Both the position numbers and the translations under genes were made by a program. Below the pieces are notes generated by a model. It was not told the origin of the DNA and ran no database searches. It was given only the letters and a program-made list of their open reading frames with translations. From the NCBI GenBank assembly GCA_963674745.2, contig CAXXDV010000003.1, positions 2,528,001-2,592,000 of the forward strand: a stretch of 64,000 bases of DNA, given 5' to 3'. Every line of letters starts with the position of its first letter. Position 1 is the first letter of the stretch. Below, piece by piece: positions 19,210 through 28,033 of this stretch. The DNA is from Desulfosudaceae bacterium (GTDB lineage Bacteria; Desulfobacterota; Desulfobacteria; Desulfobacterales; Desulfosudaceae).

Positions 19210-21279
19210 CTATACACGCTTTTTCCGACCATAGGGAATACCCAGTTTCTTCATCCTGTTGCGGAGCGTGCTGGATTTAATATTCAATAATTCCGCAGCA
19301 CCGCCCGGGCCTTCAATCTTCCCGTTTGCAAGCCTCAGGACTTTCTTTACATGCCGGACAAAGACTTCATCCAGCCCTAAGACATCATTGCCCGTGAGCG
19401 CCTCTTCCGGAGCGATTTCATCCGGCTGTTTCAGGCCGATGTCATGGAACGCAAGCGTTTTGCCCCTGTTCAGGAGCAGTTCCCGTTCAATCACATTTTT
19501 CAGTTCGCGTATGTTCCCCGGCCAATCATAAGCGGTCAGCCGCCTCATCGCATCGGGCGACAGAGTCGGTGTGTCATGGAGTTTCAATTCACGGGATTTC
19601 TGTTCAACAAAATAATCCACAAGGGCCGGGATATCCATCTTGCGCGATCTCAGCGGGGGAACCAGGATCGGAAACACATTCAGGCGAAACCACAGGTCTT
19701 CCCTGAACCGGCCGGTCACGACCATTTCATCCAGGTTGCGGTGCGTAGCGGCGATAATACGGACGTCAACGGGCACTATATCGGTACCGCCCACGCGTTC
19801 GATTACCTTGCCCTGCAGAACCCGGAGGAGGCGGACCTGAGCCTGGAGGGGCAGCTCGCCTATTTCATCCAGAAAAATCGTCCCCTTGTCGGCCCTTTCA
19901 AAGCGCCCTTTTTTCTGCTTCACTGCACCTGTGAAGGCGCCCTTCTCATGGCCGAACAGCTCGCTGTCCACCAGCGTATCCGGTATGGCGCCGCAATTCA
20001 CTTTGATAAAGGGCATATTGTTTCGTAACGATTTCCGGTGGATGAAATTCGCTATAAGTTCCTTTCCAACGCCGGTTTCACCTGACAGCAACACCGGGCT
20101 GTCCTGGCCGGATACCAGGAGTGCATTTTCCATCACACCTTTGAGACTGCCCAGATTACCGCCGATAATAGCATCTTCGCTGTTAATATCTAACGCTCTT
20201 TCAAGGTCTTTCTTTTCCTGTTCGATAAGGTTTTTCAGCTGGACGGCTTCGCGGTATTGAATCGTGTTGGAAAGCGCCAGTGCAAACGGGTCGTGAAGCG
20301 ATGAAAATAACGCTTTATGATTTTCATTATAGCGGTTTCGCCCTTCCAATCCGATTCCCGCTATACCGAACAACTCATTCTCGCGAATAAGCGGCATCGT
20401 CATTCCCGAAATGAGCCCGTACAACTCTATATAAGGGCGAAACTCAGGATGATGTTCAGGCTGATTGATAATAAAGGTGGAAAATCGCCCCCTGCTGTCA
20501 AGCGGCAGCAGCGCATCCGGTGTCCAGGGGATAAGCGGCTCCGACCGTTGATGCAAAATCCCCTCGCTCTGCGCCATAACACGGTTTGCCTGCAACCCGG
20601 GTTCAAGCTTCAAAATTAGAAGTACGTCAGCCGGCAGAAAACGGCTGAGATACTGAAGACATCGGGTAGCACCTGTTTGCAGATCCAGATGACCGCAGAG
20701 CCTTAAAGTGACCTGGTGAAAAAATTCATTTTTGCTTTTCACGGGTTCTTTCAGGATGGAAGGGCAGGTATTCTTTTCATCTTCTGAAATAATGGCGTCC
20801 AGAACCCGTTGAAAGGGTTTTCTCAAGGATGTCAGCAGGCGGGTATGTGTTTCGGTCAGTTGATCCCTGCCGGGAGCCCAGAACATTACCGATCCATAGA
20901 TCCTTTTTTCATCTTTAAAGTTCAAGAACAGGGTTGACCAGTCTAAAATCCTGGACCGCTCGCCGAACTCTTTCAATAAAGGTGAAGGGTCGGTTTCCGG
21001 TTGATTTACAATGAGGTTTTCAGGCCACTGCACTCCGGCATCCGGCATTAATTTTTCCGGAACGTCGTACATGAAGCCGGTTTTGCCGCTTCCCCGGGCA
21101 GTAGCCTGTGCGACAACCCGCAACAGCTTTCTGGAATAATCAAATTTGATGATGTTTATTTTGGTTATGGGGGTCACACCTGAAATAGAATGATAAATTT
21201 CAGACAACCCTCCCTCAAGATCGCCTTCCGCGACAGTGCGTCGTACCGATTGCAAAAGAGCGTCGGGATTGATTGTCAT
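19210..21279 (-). CDS. sigma54-dependent activator (tandem GAF-like domains, AAA+, Fis HTH), copy 2
   Basis: GETGVGKE, HEKGAFTGA, FLDEIGE, WPGNIREL. Paralog of 15231..17294 (shared FF.QVT.RLCGHLDL...CLQYLSRF). Divergent from hydrolase 2. Confidence 0.93.
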   Translation of the reverse strand: MTINPDALLQSVRRTVAEGDLEGGLSEIYHSISGVTPITKINIIKFDYSRKLLRVVAQATARGSGKTGFMYDVPEKLMPDAGVQWPENLIVNQPETDPSPLLKEFGERSRILDWSTLFLNFKDEKRIYGSVMFWAPGRDQLTETHTRLLTSLRKPFQRVLDAIISEDEKNTCPSILKEPVKSKNEFFHQVTLRLCGHLDLQTGATRCLQYLSRFLPADVLLILKLEPGLQANRVMAQSEGILHQRSEPLIPWTPDALLPLDSRGRFSTFIINQPEHHPEFRPYIELYGLISGMTMPLIRENELFGIAGIGLEGRNRYNENHKALFSSLHDPFALALSNTIQYREAVQLKNLIEQEKKDLERALDINSEDAIIGGNLGSLKGVMENALLVSGQDSPVLLSGETGVGKELIANFIHRKSLRNNMPFIKVNCGAIPDTLVDSELFGHEKGAFTGAVKQKKGRFERADKGTIFLDEIGELPLQAQVRLLRVLQGKVIERVGGTDIVPVDVRIIAATHRNLDEMVVTGRFREDLWFRLNVFPILVPPLRSRKMDIPALVDYFVEQKSRELKLHDTPTLSPDAMRRLTAYDWPGNIRELKNVIERELLLNRGKTLAFHDIGLKQPDEIAPEEALTGNDVLGLDEVFVRHVKKVLRLANGKIEGPGGAAELLNIKSSTLRNRMKKLGIPYGRKKRV

Positions 21280-21463
21280 ATCATCTCCATGGTGGGTTTA
21301 TCCTATAGGAAAACTGACAGTATATTACACCAATCTTCCATATCCGGCAACAGCTTTCCGTATTTGACAGCGCTTGTTTCATATTCGGCAGAAAATCGTT
21401 TGCATTTGCAACCCAAACGCAAGTAAAAATCATAAAATATTGAATTTATTTATTTTATTTTTT

Positions 21464-21479
21464 TGGTACGATTAATGCA
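21464..21479 (+). promoter_or_regulatory. sigma54 promoter of hydrolase module 2
   Basis: TGGTAC-GATTA-ATGCA preceded by an AT-rich tract and adjacent to a divergent activator gene. Confidence 0.65.
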
Positions 21480-21567
21480 TTTCAGAAAGCAATAAAATTG
21501 AATTTGAGTTTTCCAAACGCGGGCTCAAATTGTTTGTTACAAACACCATTGCAAGAGGGGAGAGAAA

Positions 21568-22749
21568 ATGAAGAAAAGTTGCGTATTAAGAAAAACACTG
21601 GTTGTTTCAATATTAACCCTGTTTTTTGTCCTGCCGTCAGCAGCTGTATTTGCAGCAGGGTCTGAGCCGCCGCCGCCACAGGAAAAAGTGTATGACGGAA
21701 AAATTGCGGGGCATAATGTTATTTATGTGCATGGTTTCGACATTAGTGATCTGGCCACTAAACCCTCTGACGAGGATATTTATAATTCTGACAGGCTGGG
21801 TGGTTTCTGGACCGAAGACGAAAGTAAAATACGCCGCATGAACTGGTCGGCCGCCCATCGCGTGGAAGGCCATATCAGCGAACAGATTATGCACCAGGCC
21901 ATCGAGATTGCCGATGAGGGTTTCTGTGACGGGGGATGTGTCATTGTCTCTGAGAGCACGGGAGACCAGGTTACGCGTCATTTTCTGGCCAACCAGGAAA
22001 GATGGATGAGGAATGCCGGTAGAGAACCGCTGAACATCGTTGCCACCATTGATTTTGTCGGTGCCGGCGGCGGCACGGAAGTTGCGAACCTGATCACTGA
22101 TCTTGCAAACTGCTGTTTTATACCCCAAATTTTGAAAGATGCTGCCGGGTTTGTCGTCGGGATGGTTTTAGACTTTGACATAAGTGACTTAAGCGGTTCC
22201 GGTATTGATCCAGAGAACCTCGGCGTTGTTAACGATCTGACCTTTTGCGGTGCCAGGAACCTAGCCACGGCAAACAATGACGTTCCCCGGCTCCGTGTTT
22301 CCGCCGGGAAATTTGCCAATCCAATACTTGAACCTCATCTTGCGGTAATAAATGCTTTTCTGCAGGGCGCTGATGACACCCTTATTCCCGCACACTCTTC
22401 CTGCGGTGCTTCCTCCCCGGACCCTATTGACAGCTGTTCGAGTTGTGTTACCTACCAGGGCAAGCGGACAAATGTGAAAGGCCCGGCCGGTTTGATGATG
22501 AATCATTTTCCGGTCCTGATGGCAAACAACTATGGACACGGTGATGTTACAAATAATAATCCACTTGGTGAGGTGACGTATGTCAATAACGATTTCTCTG
22601 CCGGCCTGGATGTGAGCTTTGACACGTATACGAAACAAGTGACGAGGAACTGGTGGGAGCTCTGGATAGAAGACGGTACCTGGCAGTATGTAACGGACTG
22701 GGACACCAAGTCCCTGTCAAGGCTGGTTTTCGAAAATCTGGATGAGTAA
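21568..22749 (+). CDS. Secreted alpha/beta-hydrolase (lipase/esterase-like), copy 2
   Basis: Signal peptide, IYVHGF, SESTG elbow, GAGGGT, ADDTLIP, YGHGD; paralog of 2930..4018. Confidence 0.7.
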   Translation: MKKSCVLRKTLVVSILTLFFVLPSAAVFAAGSEPPPPQEKVYDGKIAGHNVIYVHGFDISDLATKPSDEDIYNSDRLGGFWTEDESKIRRMNWSAAHRVEGHISEQIMHQAIEIADEGFCDGGCVIVSESTGDQVTRHFLANQERWMRNAGREPLNIVATIDFVGAGGGTEVANLITDLANCCFIPQILKDAAGFVVGMVLDFDISDLSGSGIDPENLGVVNDLTFCGARNLATANNDVPRLRVSAGKFANPILEPHLAVINAFLQGADDTLIPAHSSCGASSPDPIDSCSSCVTYQGKRTNVKGPAGLMMNHFPVLMANNYGHGDVTNNNPLGEVTYVNNDFSAGLDVSFDTYTKQVTRNWWELWIEDGTWQYVTDWDTKSLSRLVFENLDE

Positions 22750-22780
22750 TTCGAAAAGTGCCGGAAGTTTCGACATGTAA

Positions 22781-22817
22781 GGCTGCCCTGCAATGTCCGT
22801 TGCAGGGCAGCCTTTTT
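22781..22817 (+). terminator. Intrinsic terminator between hydrolase 2 and its partner
   Basis: GGCTGCCCTGCAA...TTGCAGGGCAGCC followed by T5; same stem as 4050-4086. Confidence 0.85.
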
Positions 22818-22912
22818 CCTGGTTCTGTAAATCCATTGCTGTCAGCCAAACCCGATTACCTGGTTGAGCCGGAAACGTCCATTCTTTTGCCAGACTCTGG
22901 AAAGGTCAATAA

Positions 22913-24046
22913 ATGAACAAACGAAAGATAGCCTTCTATTCATTGCCGGCACTTGCCCTGTTTGTTATTGCTGTCGGCGTGGCCCTCTGGTTGGGCAGAT
23001 CCCGGCCTGAAATCCATGCTACGGAGACACCCCGTCCGGCAGCTGCCGTAGAACAACAGCCTGCCCTACAGGCAAAAGAGCCCTCGCTCCCCAAAGCGCC
23101 GCCGGCTGCTGAAAAACCGGAAACCGATGTATTTGATATGCCCGACGCCATGCGCTTTCAGATGGCCGACGTCGCCGAAGCGTACAGGGAAAACATGCGT
23201 TACCCGAAGTACTCGATACCACTTAAAGAAACCGATTGGGACCTGCTTAATCCGCGGCCGTTCATTCCCAGGGAATCTCCCCTGAAAAACGGGCTGTCGG
23301 CCACAATGATCCTTGACCATTATATCGTCAGCCGGAGCAGGGACCTGCCCGTAAAACTCATTATCAGAGGCGGGCAGGAAGACGGAAATTATGCTGTCGA
23401 TGTGGCCCTTTCCCTTTCTGACAAGGGGAAGACACGGCCTTTGATCAGTCTTAATGAATCCGACTGGAATGAGAATACCGTTACTTACACCGGGACCATC
23501 CCCGCAGACAAGCTAAAAGACGCGGGACCGGGCGAGGTGATCATCAACGCCGGGATATCCTTTGCAAATGGCGAAGACGAAAAGGTCGTCACCGTTGTCA
23601 AGCTGTTTGATAATGCAGCGACCCTGACCGATCTTGGCGAACCCTATATTGACGGGGCAGACCTGGTGATACCGGCACACCTGGACGTTCAAACTCCCGG
23701 GCATTACCGTTTCCAGGCCAACCTGTATGACGAATCCGGCCAGCAACCGATCAGTCATTTGAATTCGGAATTTGAGTTGTCCGAAGGGAGCAGTTCCGGG
23801 TTGGTCAGGGTGCATGCCGCCACCTTGAGAAACGGCGGTGATCCGGGTCCGTATCTGCTGAAAGATATCAATGTTACCAAGAGTCCGGAAAACCCGGGTG
23901 AGAGAACGGGTTACGGCTCATCTGCGTCAGATTCTTTCCTTGTTCAGGGGTTTCACTTAAACAGCTACAGCGAGGAGCCCTATGAAAACCCCCAGACCAA
24001 ACAACGGCTGGAATTCCTCCAGAGGTTAGCCGCAGGCAGTGACTAG
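22913..24046 (+). CDS. Membrane-anchored partner protein of unknown function, copy 2
   Basis: Same architecture and long near-identical blocks (YPKYS.PL...DW.LLNPR.FIPRE.PLKNG) as 4258..5382. Confidence 0.75.
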   Translation: MNKRKIAFYSLPALALFVIAVGVALWLGRSRPEIHATETPRPAAAVEQQPALQAKEPSLPKAPPAAEKPETDVFDMPDAMRFQMADVAEAYRENMRYPKYSIPLKETDWDLLNPRPFIPRESPLKNGLSATMILDHYIVSRSRDLPVKLIIRGGQEDGNYAVDVALSLSDKGKTRPLISLNESDWNENTVTYTGTIPADKLKDAGPGEVIINAGISFANGEDEKVVTVVKLFDNAATLTDLGEPYIDGADLVIPAHLDVQTPGHYRFQANLYDESGQQPISHLNSEFELSEGSSSGLVRVHAATLRNGGDPGPYLLKDINVTKSPENPGERTGYGSSASDSFLVQGFHLNSYSEEPYENPQTKQRLEFLQRLAAGSD

Positions 24047-24425
24047 CCATTATCTACTATTGTGAATCAATCCGTTATTTTCAGTGGTCATGGCTTGCTG
24101 TGCCGGTTGATCCGGGCAATACCCGGTTTTGCGCGGCTTCAGAAAGATTTTCCAGAATTTCATGAAGCGCTTACCAATGCTGGACACCGCCTGATGAAGA
24201 AACGGAACATTCGAACCACTTGTTTTTCTTAACGCCCGGAAACCGTTGTCCATAATGCCTATGACCGGCAAATTCGAAAAAGATGACGGGTTAAAGACGG
24301 ATTTCCTTTATGCCCCCCCGCCCCGGGCGAGGTGTTTTCCTGCCGGGCAGAAGGCGCTTTTCAAACCATACGTACCATTTTTATCAGCGCCACGATTTTC
24401 GATTCATCCGGGAATGTCCCGGCCA

Positions 24426-24504
24426 TTTTTTAAATTCATTTTTTCACAAAATGTCAAAGCATATTCACATATGGTCAATACATAACCCTCGAGTATGGCT
24501 TAAA
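24426..24504 (+). promoter_or_regulatory. Second copy of the tandem TTCACA-N4-GTCAA promoter element
   Basis: Boxes at 24443-24457 and 24464-24478; aligns without gaps to 9749-9827. Confidence 0.7.
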
Positions 24505-24552
24505 TTACTTATTCAACAGGACATTTATTACACACGGGATAAGGAGAGCGGC

Positions 24553-25374
24553 ATGTTTAAAAACAAGACCATACTGATTACCGGCGGATCATCCGGGCTT
24601 GGACTGGGGCTGGCTCAGGCGCTTTTAAAACGGGGCGCGCGCCTGATTCTTCTGGCCCGCACACCTGAAAAACTGGAACAGGCAAAAGAACGCCTGTTAA
24701 AAAACGTTCCCAATGGAAGTATAGATATCGTCCCCGTGGATGTAAGCGACCGCGAGGCGTTACAGGAAGCGCTTGACGATGCCCTGCAGCGGCAACCCTC
24801 CCTGGACATGGTCATCAGCAATGCCGGGATAATAAGGGAAGGTTATTTTGAGAAACTGACAGCAACGGATTTTAAAAAGACATTCGACGCCAACTATTTT
24901 GGCTGTCTTTATGTGGCGCAGATCGTCTTGCCGTATTTAAAAAAGTCACGGGGCCGCCTTATCAACGTTTCATCTGTGGCGGGATTAACCGGGGGGTTTG
25001 GACTTTCCGCCTACGGCTCATCAAAGCATGCGCTGGTAGGACTGACGGAAACATTATGCTACGAACTGAAGCCACAGGGTATCACGGTTCAAATGGTGTG
25101 TCCCCCGGAATTCCTATCTCCCCTGGTTGAGGAACTGAACACCTATCGGACACCGGAAAACCTGGCGCATACACTTATGATACCCAGGCTGTCTCTGGAT
25201 ACGCTGGTAAAAGATACAATAAAAGGCATTGAAAAAAACAAATTCAGGATTATCCCCGGCCGGCGGACACGCCTGATGCTTCTCGGGGCACAGCACTTTC
25301 CCGGTATCAGCCGTCGTATTGCCGACCAGGTAATCAAAAAAGCCTATGTCGGTCCCGATCAACATAACAGTTGA
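24553..25374 (+). CDS. Short-chain dehydrogenase/reductase (classical SDR)
   Basis: AGGAG RBS before ATG 24553; TGGSSGLG, SNAG, NVSS, YGSSK. Confidence 0.92.
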   Translation: MFKNKTILITGGSSGLGLGLAQALLKRGARLILLARTPEKLEQAKERLLKNVPNGSIDIVPVDVSDREALQEALDDALQRQPSLDMVISNAGIIREGYFEKLTATDFKKTFDANYFGCLYVAQIVLPYLKKSRGRLINVSSVAGLTGGFGLSAYGSSKHALVGLTETLCYELKPQGITVQMVCPPEFLSPLVEELNTYRTPENLAHTLMIPRLSLDTLVKDTIKGIEKNKFRIIPGRRTRLMLLGAQHFPGISRRIADQVIKKAYVGPDQHNS

Positions 25375-25418
25375 CCCCCCCACAGTGTTTATTCAAACAA
25401 GAGAATCAGGAGGGCTAT

Positions 25419-26261
25419 ATGTCGATATTATTTGTCGAAGGATCTCAACATCCAGGTGTTCCTGAAATACAGCGTTTTGATGCTGCGTCTGTTTATATTA
25501 TGGTAAAACATCGTCCGTTTTCAGGGATTGGAAGGCTTAAGCGGGCCCTGTTGACAGACTTTTCCGAGAAAGTTAAGTCCGTTAGCGATACGTTGAATTA
25601 TACAGCATTTAAGCAACATCATCTTGTCAAGGGCGGTGCTTTCGCCGCCCTTTCTTATATTGCCACACGAAAGCATGTAAGTGTGTCAATGCTAAGCCGC
25701 CTCCGCGGCCTGACACCCCCGAAGCCTTATCATATTTCATTGTTTCCATACTATGACGCGGTGATCGAATTTCAATTTGCCGGACAGTTGTCAAACGAAC
25801 AGATAACAACGATCAAAGACCTTGCCCATTCTCTGGCCGGCATGTGTAAAAGGGTTTCCGTCATGGAGAGTAGTGTCCGTTATCAGGCATTCGATGATAA
25901 GAGCCCCGCAAAAAAGAATCCTTTTCATATGGTGTTCATTTCACAGGAACCCTCTCATATTGAACGTGAGCAGGCGCAAAAGCACTGGGCAAATGCGCAT
26001 GCCGCTTTCGTCGTCAATAATGTCAGGTTTACCAGAATGAAACGTTACCGGATTTCGCATGCAACGCTTGATAAAAAAAGCCTATTTGAAAACAGGTATG
26101 GCGGCATTGCATTTTGCGAATTTAAAGGCCTGCCGGCGTTTATGCTTAACATGCTTAATCCTAATGCGGTAAGACTCAACAACTCAATCGTGCTTGACGA
26201 AGTGAACCTGTCGGCAGATTCCAGAATTATGCTGATGAAAGAATACGACCTGGGGGACTGA
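25419..26261 (+). CDS. EthD-like (dimeric alpha/beta-barrel) domain protein
   Basis: AGGAGG RBS; C-terminal EQAQKHWANAHAAFV...MKRYRISH...YGGIAFCEF. The N-terminal half may be a second degenerate copy (YDAVIEFQF). Confidence 0.55.
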   Translation: MSILFVEGSQHPGVPEIQRFDAASVYIMVKHRPFSGIGRLKRALLTDFSEKVKSVSDTLNYTAFKQHHLVKGGAFAALSYIATRKHVSVSMLSRLRGLTPPKPYHISLFPYYDAVIEFQFAGQLSNEQITTIKDLAHSLAGMCKRVSVMESSVRYQAFDDKSPAKKNPFHMVFISQEPSHIEREQAQKHWANAHAAFVVNNVRFTRMKRYRISHATLDKKSLFENRYGGIAFCEFKGLPAFMLNMLNPNAVRLNNSIVLDEVNLSADSRIMLMKEYDLGD

Positions 26262-26312
26262 CAAACGCCCTCCGGTGGGAGCTTTTTGGTTCCGATGCGA
26301 CCCTAAAAAAAA

Positions 26313-27779
26313 TTATTTTGAGGATTCGATCGCCTCGGCCAGCAGCCTGTCCACGGTTGCAAGAGGTTCGGCTTCCACATAAATCTGATAGGAAAACATG
26401 GTCGGCCAGAGCCTGACCAGAAATGTACTCACCGACATCATGATACGACTGATCAGGTTGTCGCCCAGTGCTTTGGGGAATGGCGGCGGGATGCCTTTCA
26501 CTTTCAGAACCCGGTACCCCTCCTGTTCAAGCAGCCGCCTGATGGACCCGAATGTAAACAATCGCTTATGGGTCAGGTCAAGAATCCCCTCTGTCCCGTA
26601 ATTAAATTGTCCGAAAAGCAGCCCCATCCGGGTGACGACAAAGCCGATATTGGGCGTGGTCAGAATCAGCCTCGTTTTTTCCGCGTAACATTTGTGGCGT
26701 AATGCCGCCGCCAGGCGTTCCGGCGCATTCACATGTTCGATACAGTCAAGGGCCAGAACGATATCGTATGTTTCGATTCCATCGGGCAGTTCGCCGTCGT
26801 CCAGGTCATGAAGAATAAATTTCTTAAAAGAATCCGCGGCTGGAGGGGATCTGTCCACACCGGTCACGTGACATTGTTTTGCGACCAGTTCCGAGGCCAC
26901 ATAACCGGGGCCGCAGGCCAGATCCAGAACCGTGGAACCGGGAGGCGTCGCATCAATGGCCAGGGAATGAGAAGAGACATAACCGGTTTTCAAGGTATAG
27001 TCGGCATTTCCGGACCGCATATCAAATTTTCGCTGAAAAAGCAGGCCCATGCCGTGAATCCGGCTGGCGACGGTGGCCCGGAAAACATTCCAGGCATAGG
27101 CCATGCCATTCACATAGCAGATCTCGTCACCATAATAAGTCGGGATCGCCAGCTCCCTGATCCGTAAACCGGCCATCAGGAACTGGATGATGATTTCCGT
27201 GTCGAAATGAAAGTCATTGGTATTGTAACGGAACGGGACCTGTTCGAGGGCCGCCACCGAATAAATCCGGTAGCCGGAGTGAAATTCCGTCAGGCTGGCC
27301 TTAAGAACCAGGTTCTGGAATGTCGTCAGAATGCGGTTGCCGACATATTTATACAGGGGCATGCCCTGCCGTACAGCCGCGCCCTTTTCCATCATGCGTG
27401 AGCCGAAACAGGCGTCAGCCTCACCGTCAATGACCGGTTTAATTAAATCCGGTAATTTCTCGGGTGCATACTGGCCGTCTCCATGAACCAGGGCGACCAC
27501 ATCAAAGCCTTGTTGAATGGCGAACTCATACCCCAGTTTCTGGTTACCGCCGTAACCCTGGTTGACGGGGTTTTTTAAGATGGTAATCCTGGGCAGAGCG
27601 CATTCCCCCACGCTCTCTCTCGCCATGCTAAAGGTATTGTCGGCGGAAGAGTCATCGATGATCAGCACTTCGGTCCCGACCGGCAGCCTGTCCACGGGGA
27701 TGCGCCTTAAAACAGACGCGATCGTCTTTTCCGCATTGTAGGCGACAATGAATATGAGAACTTTCTTTTCCACCATCAT
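26313..27779 (-). CDS. Bifunctional GT2 glycosyltransferase / class I SAM methyltransferase
   Basis: IVAYNAE, IIDDSSADNT, NQGYGGNQK, HGDGQY, then VLDLACGPG and LDCIEH. Confidence 0.9.
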   Translation of the reverse strand: MMVEKKVLIFIVAYNAEKTIASVLRRIPVDRLPVGTEVLIIDDSSADNTFSMARESVGECALPRITILKNPVNQGYGGNQKLGYEFAIQQGFDVVALVHGDGQYAPEKLPDLIKPVIDGEADACFGSRMMEKGAAVRQGMPLYKYVGNRILTTFQNLVLKASLTEFHSGYRIYSVAALEQVPFRYNTNDFHFDTEIIIQFLMAGLRIRELAIPTYYGDEICYVNGMAYAWNVFRATVASRIHGMGLLFQRKFDMRSGNADYTLKTGYVSSHSLAIDATPPGSTVLDLACGPGYVASELVAKQCHVTGVDRSPPAADSFKKFILHDLDDGELPDGIETYDIVLALDCIEHVNAPERLAAALRHKCYAEKTRLILTTPNIGFVVTRMGLLFGQFNYGTEGILDLTHKRLFTFGSIRRLLEQEGYRVLKVKGIPPPFPKALGDNLISRIMMSVSTFLVRLWPTMFSYQIYVEAEPLATVDRLLAEAIESSK

Positions 27780-28033
27780 TCATAAACCCTTAAATCGTTT
27801 TTATCAAATATACCAGCAAGCCCCTTTGTTGGCAAGTACCATGGGCGCCCCGGCGATCATAACGTGTTCAACAGCCGCCATGACACCTGCAGCCGGAACC
27901 TTGACATTTGCGGTCTTGCGGTCCTATACTTTTCCAAAAGCCGATTCTGATGATCGTCTTGATCGTTCCCGGATGATCCATTATCGCTGCGACAATTGCC
28001 TCCGTCATCCATGCTATGACATAATAGAGTAAT

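Noticed and set aside
24310..24552. N-terminal extension of the SDR in the ORF track
   Set aside because: It overlaps the promoter element; the RBS and Rossmann motif support ATG 24553.
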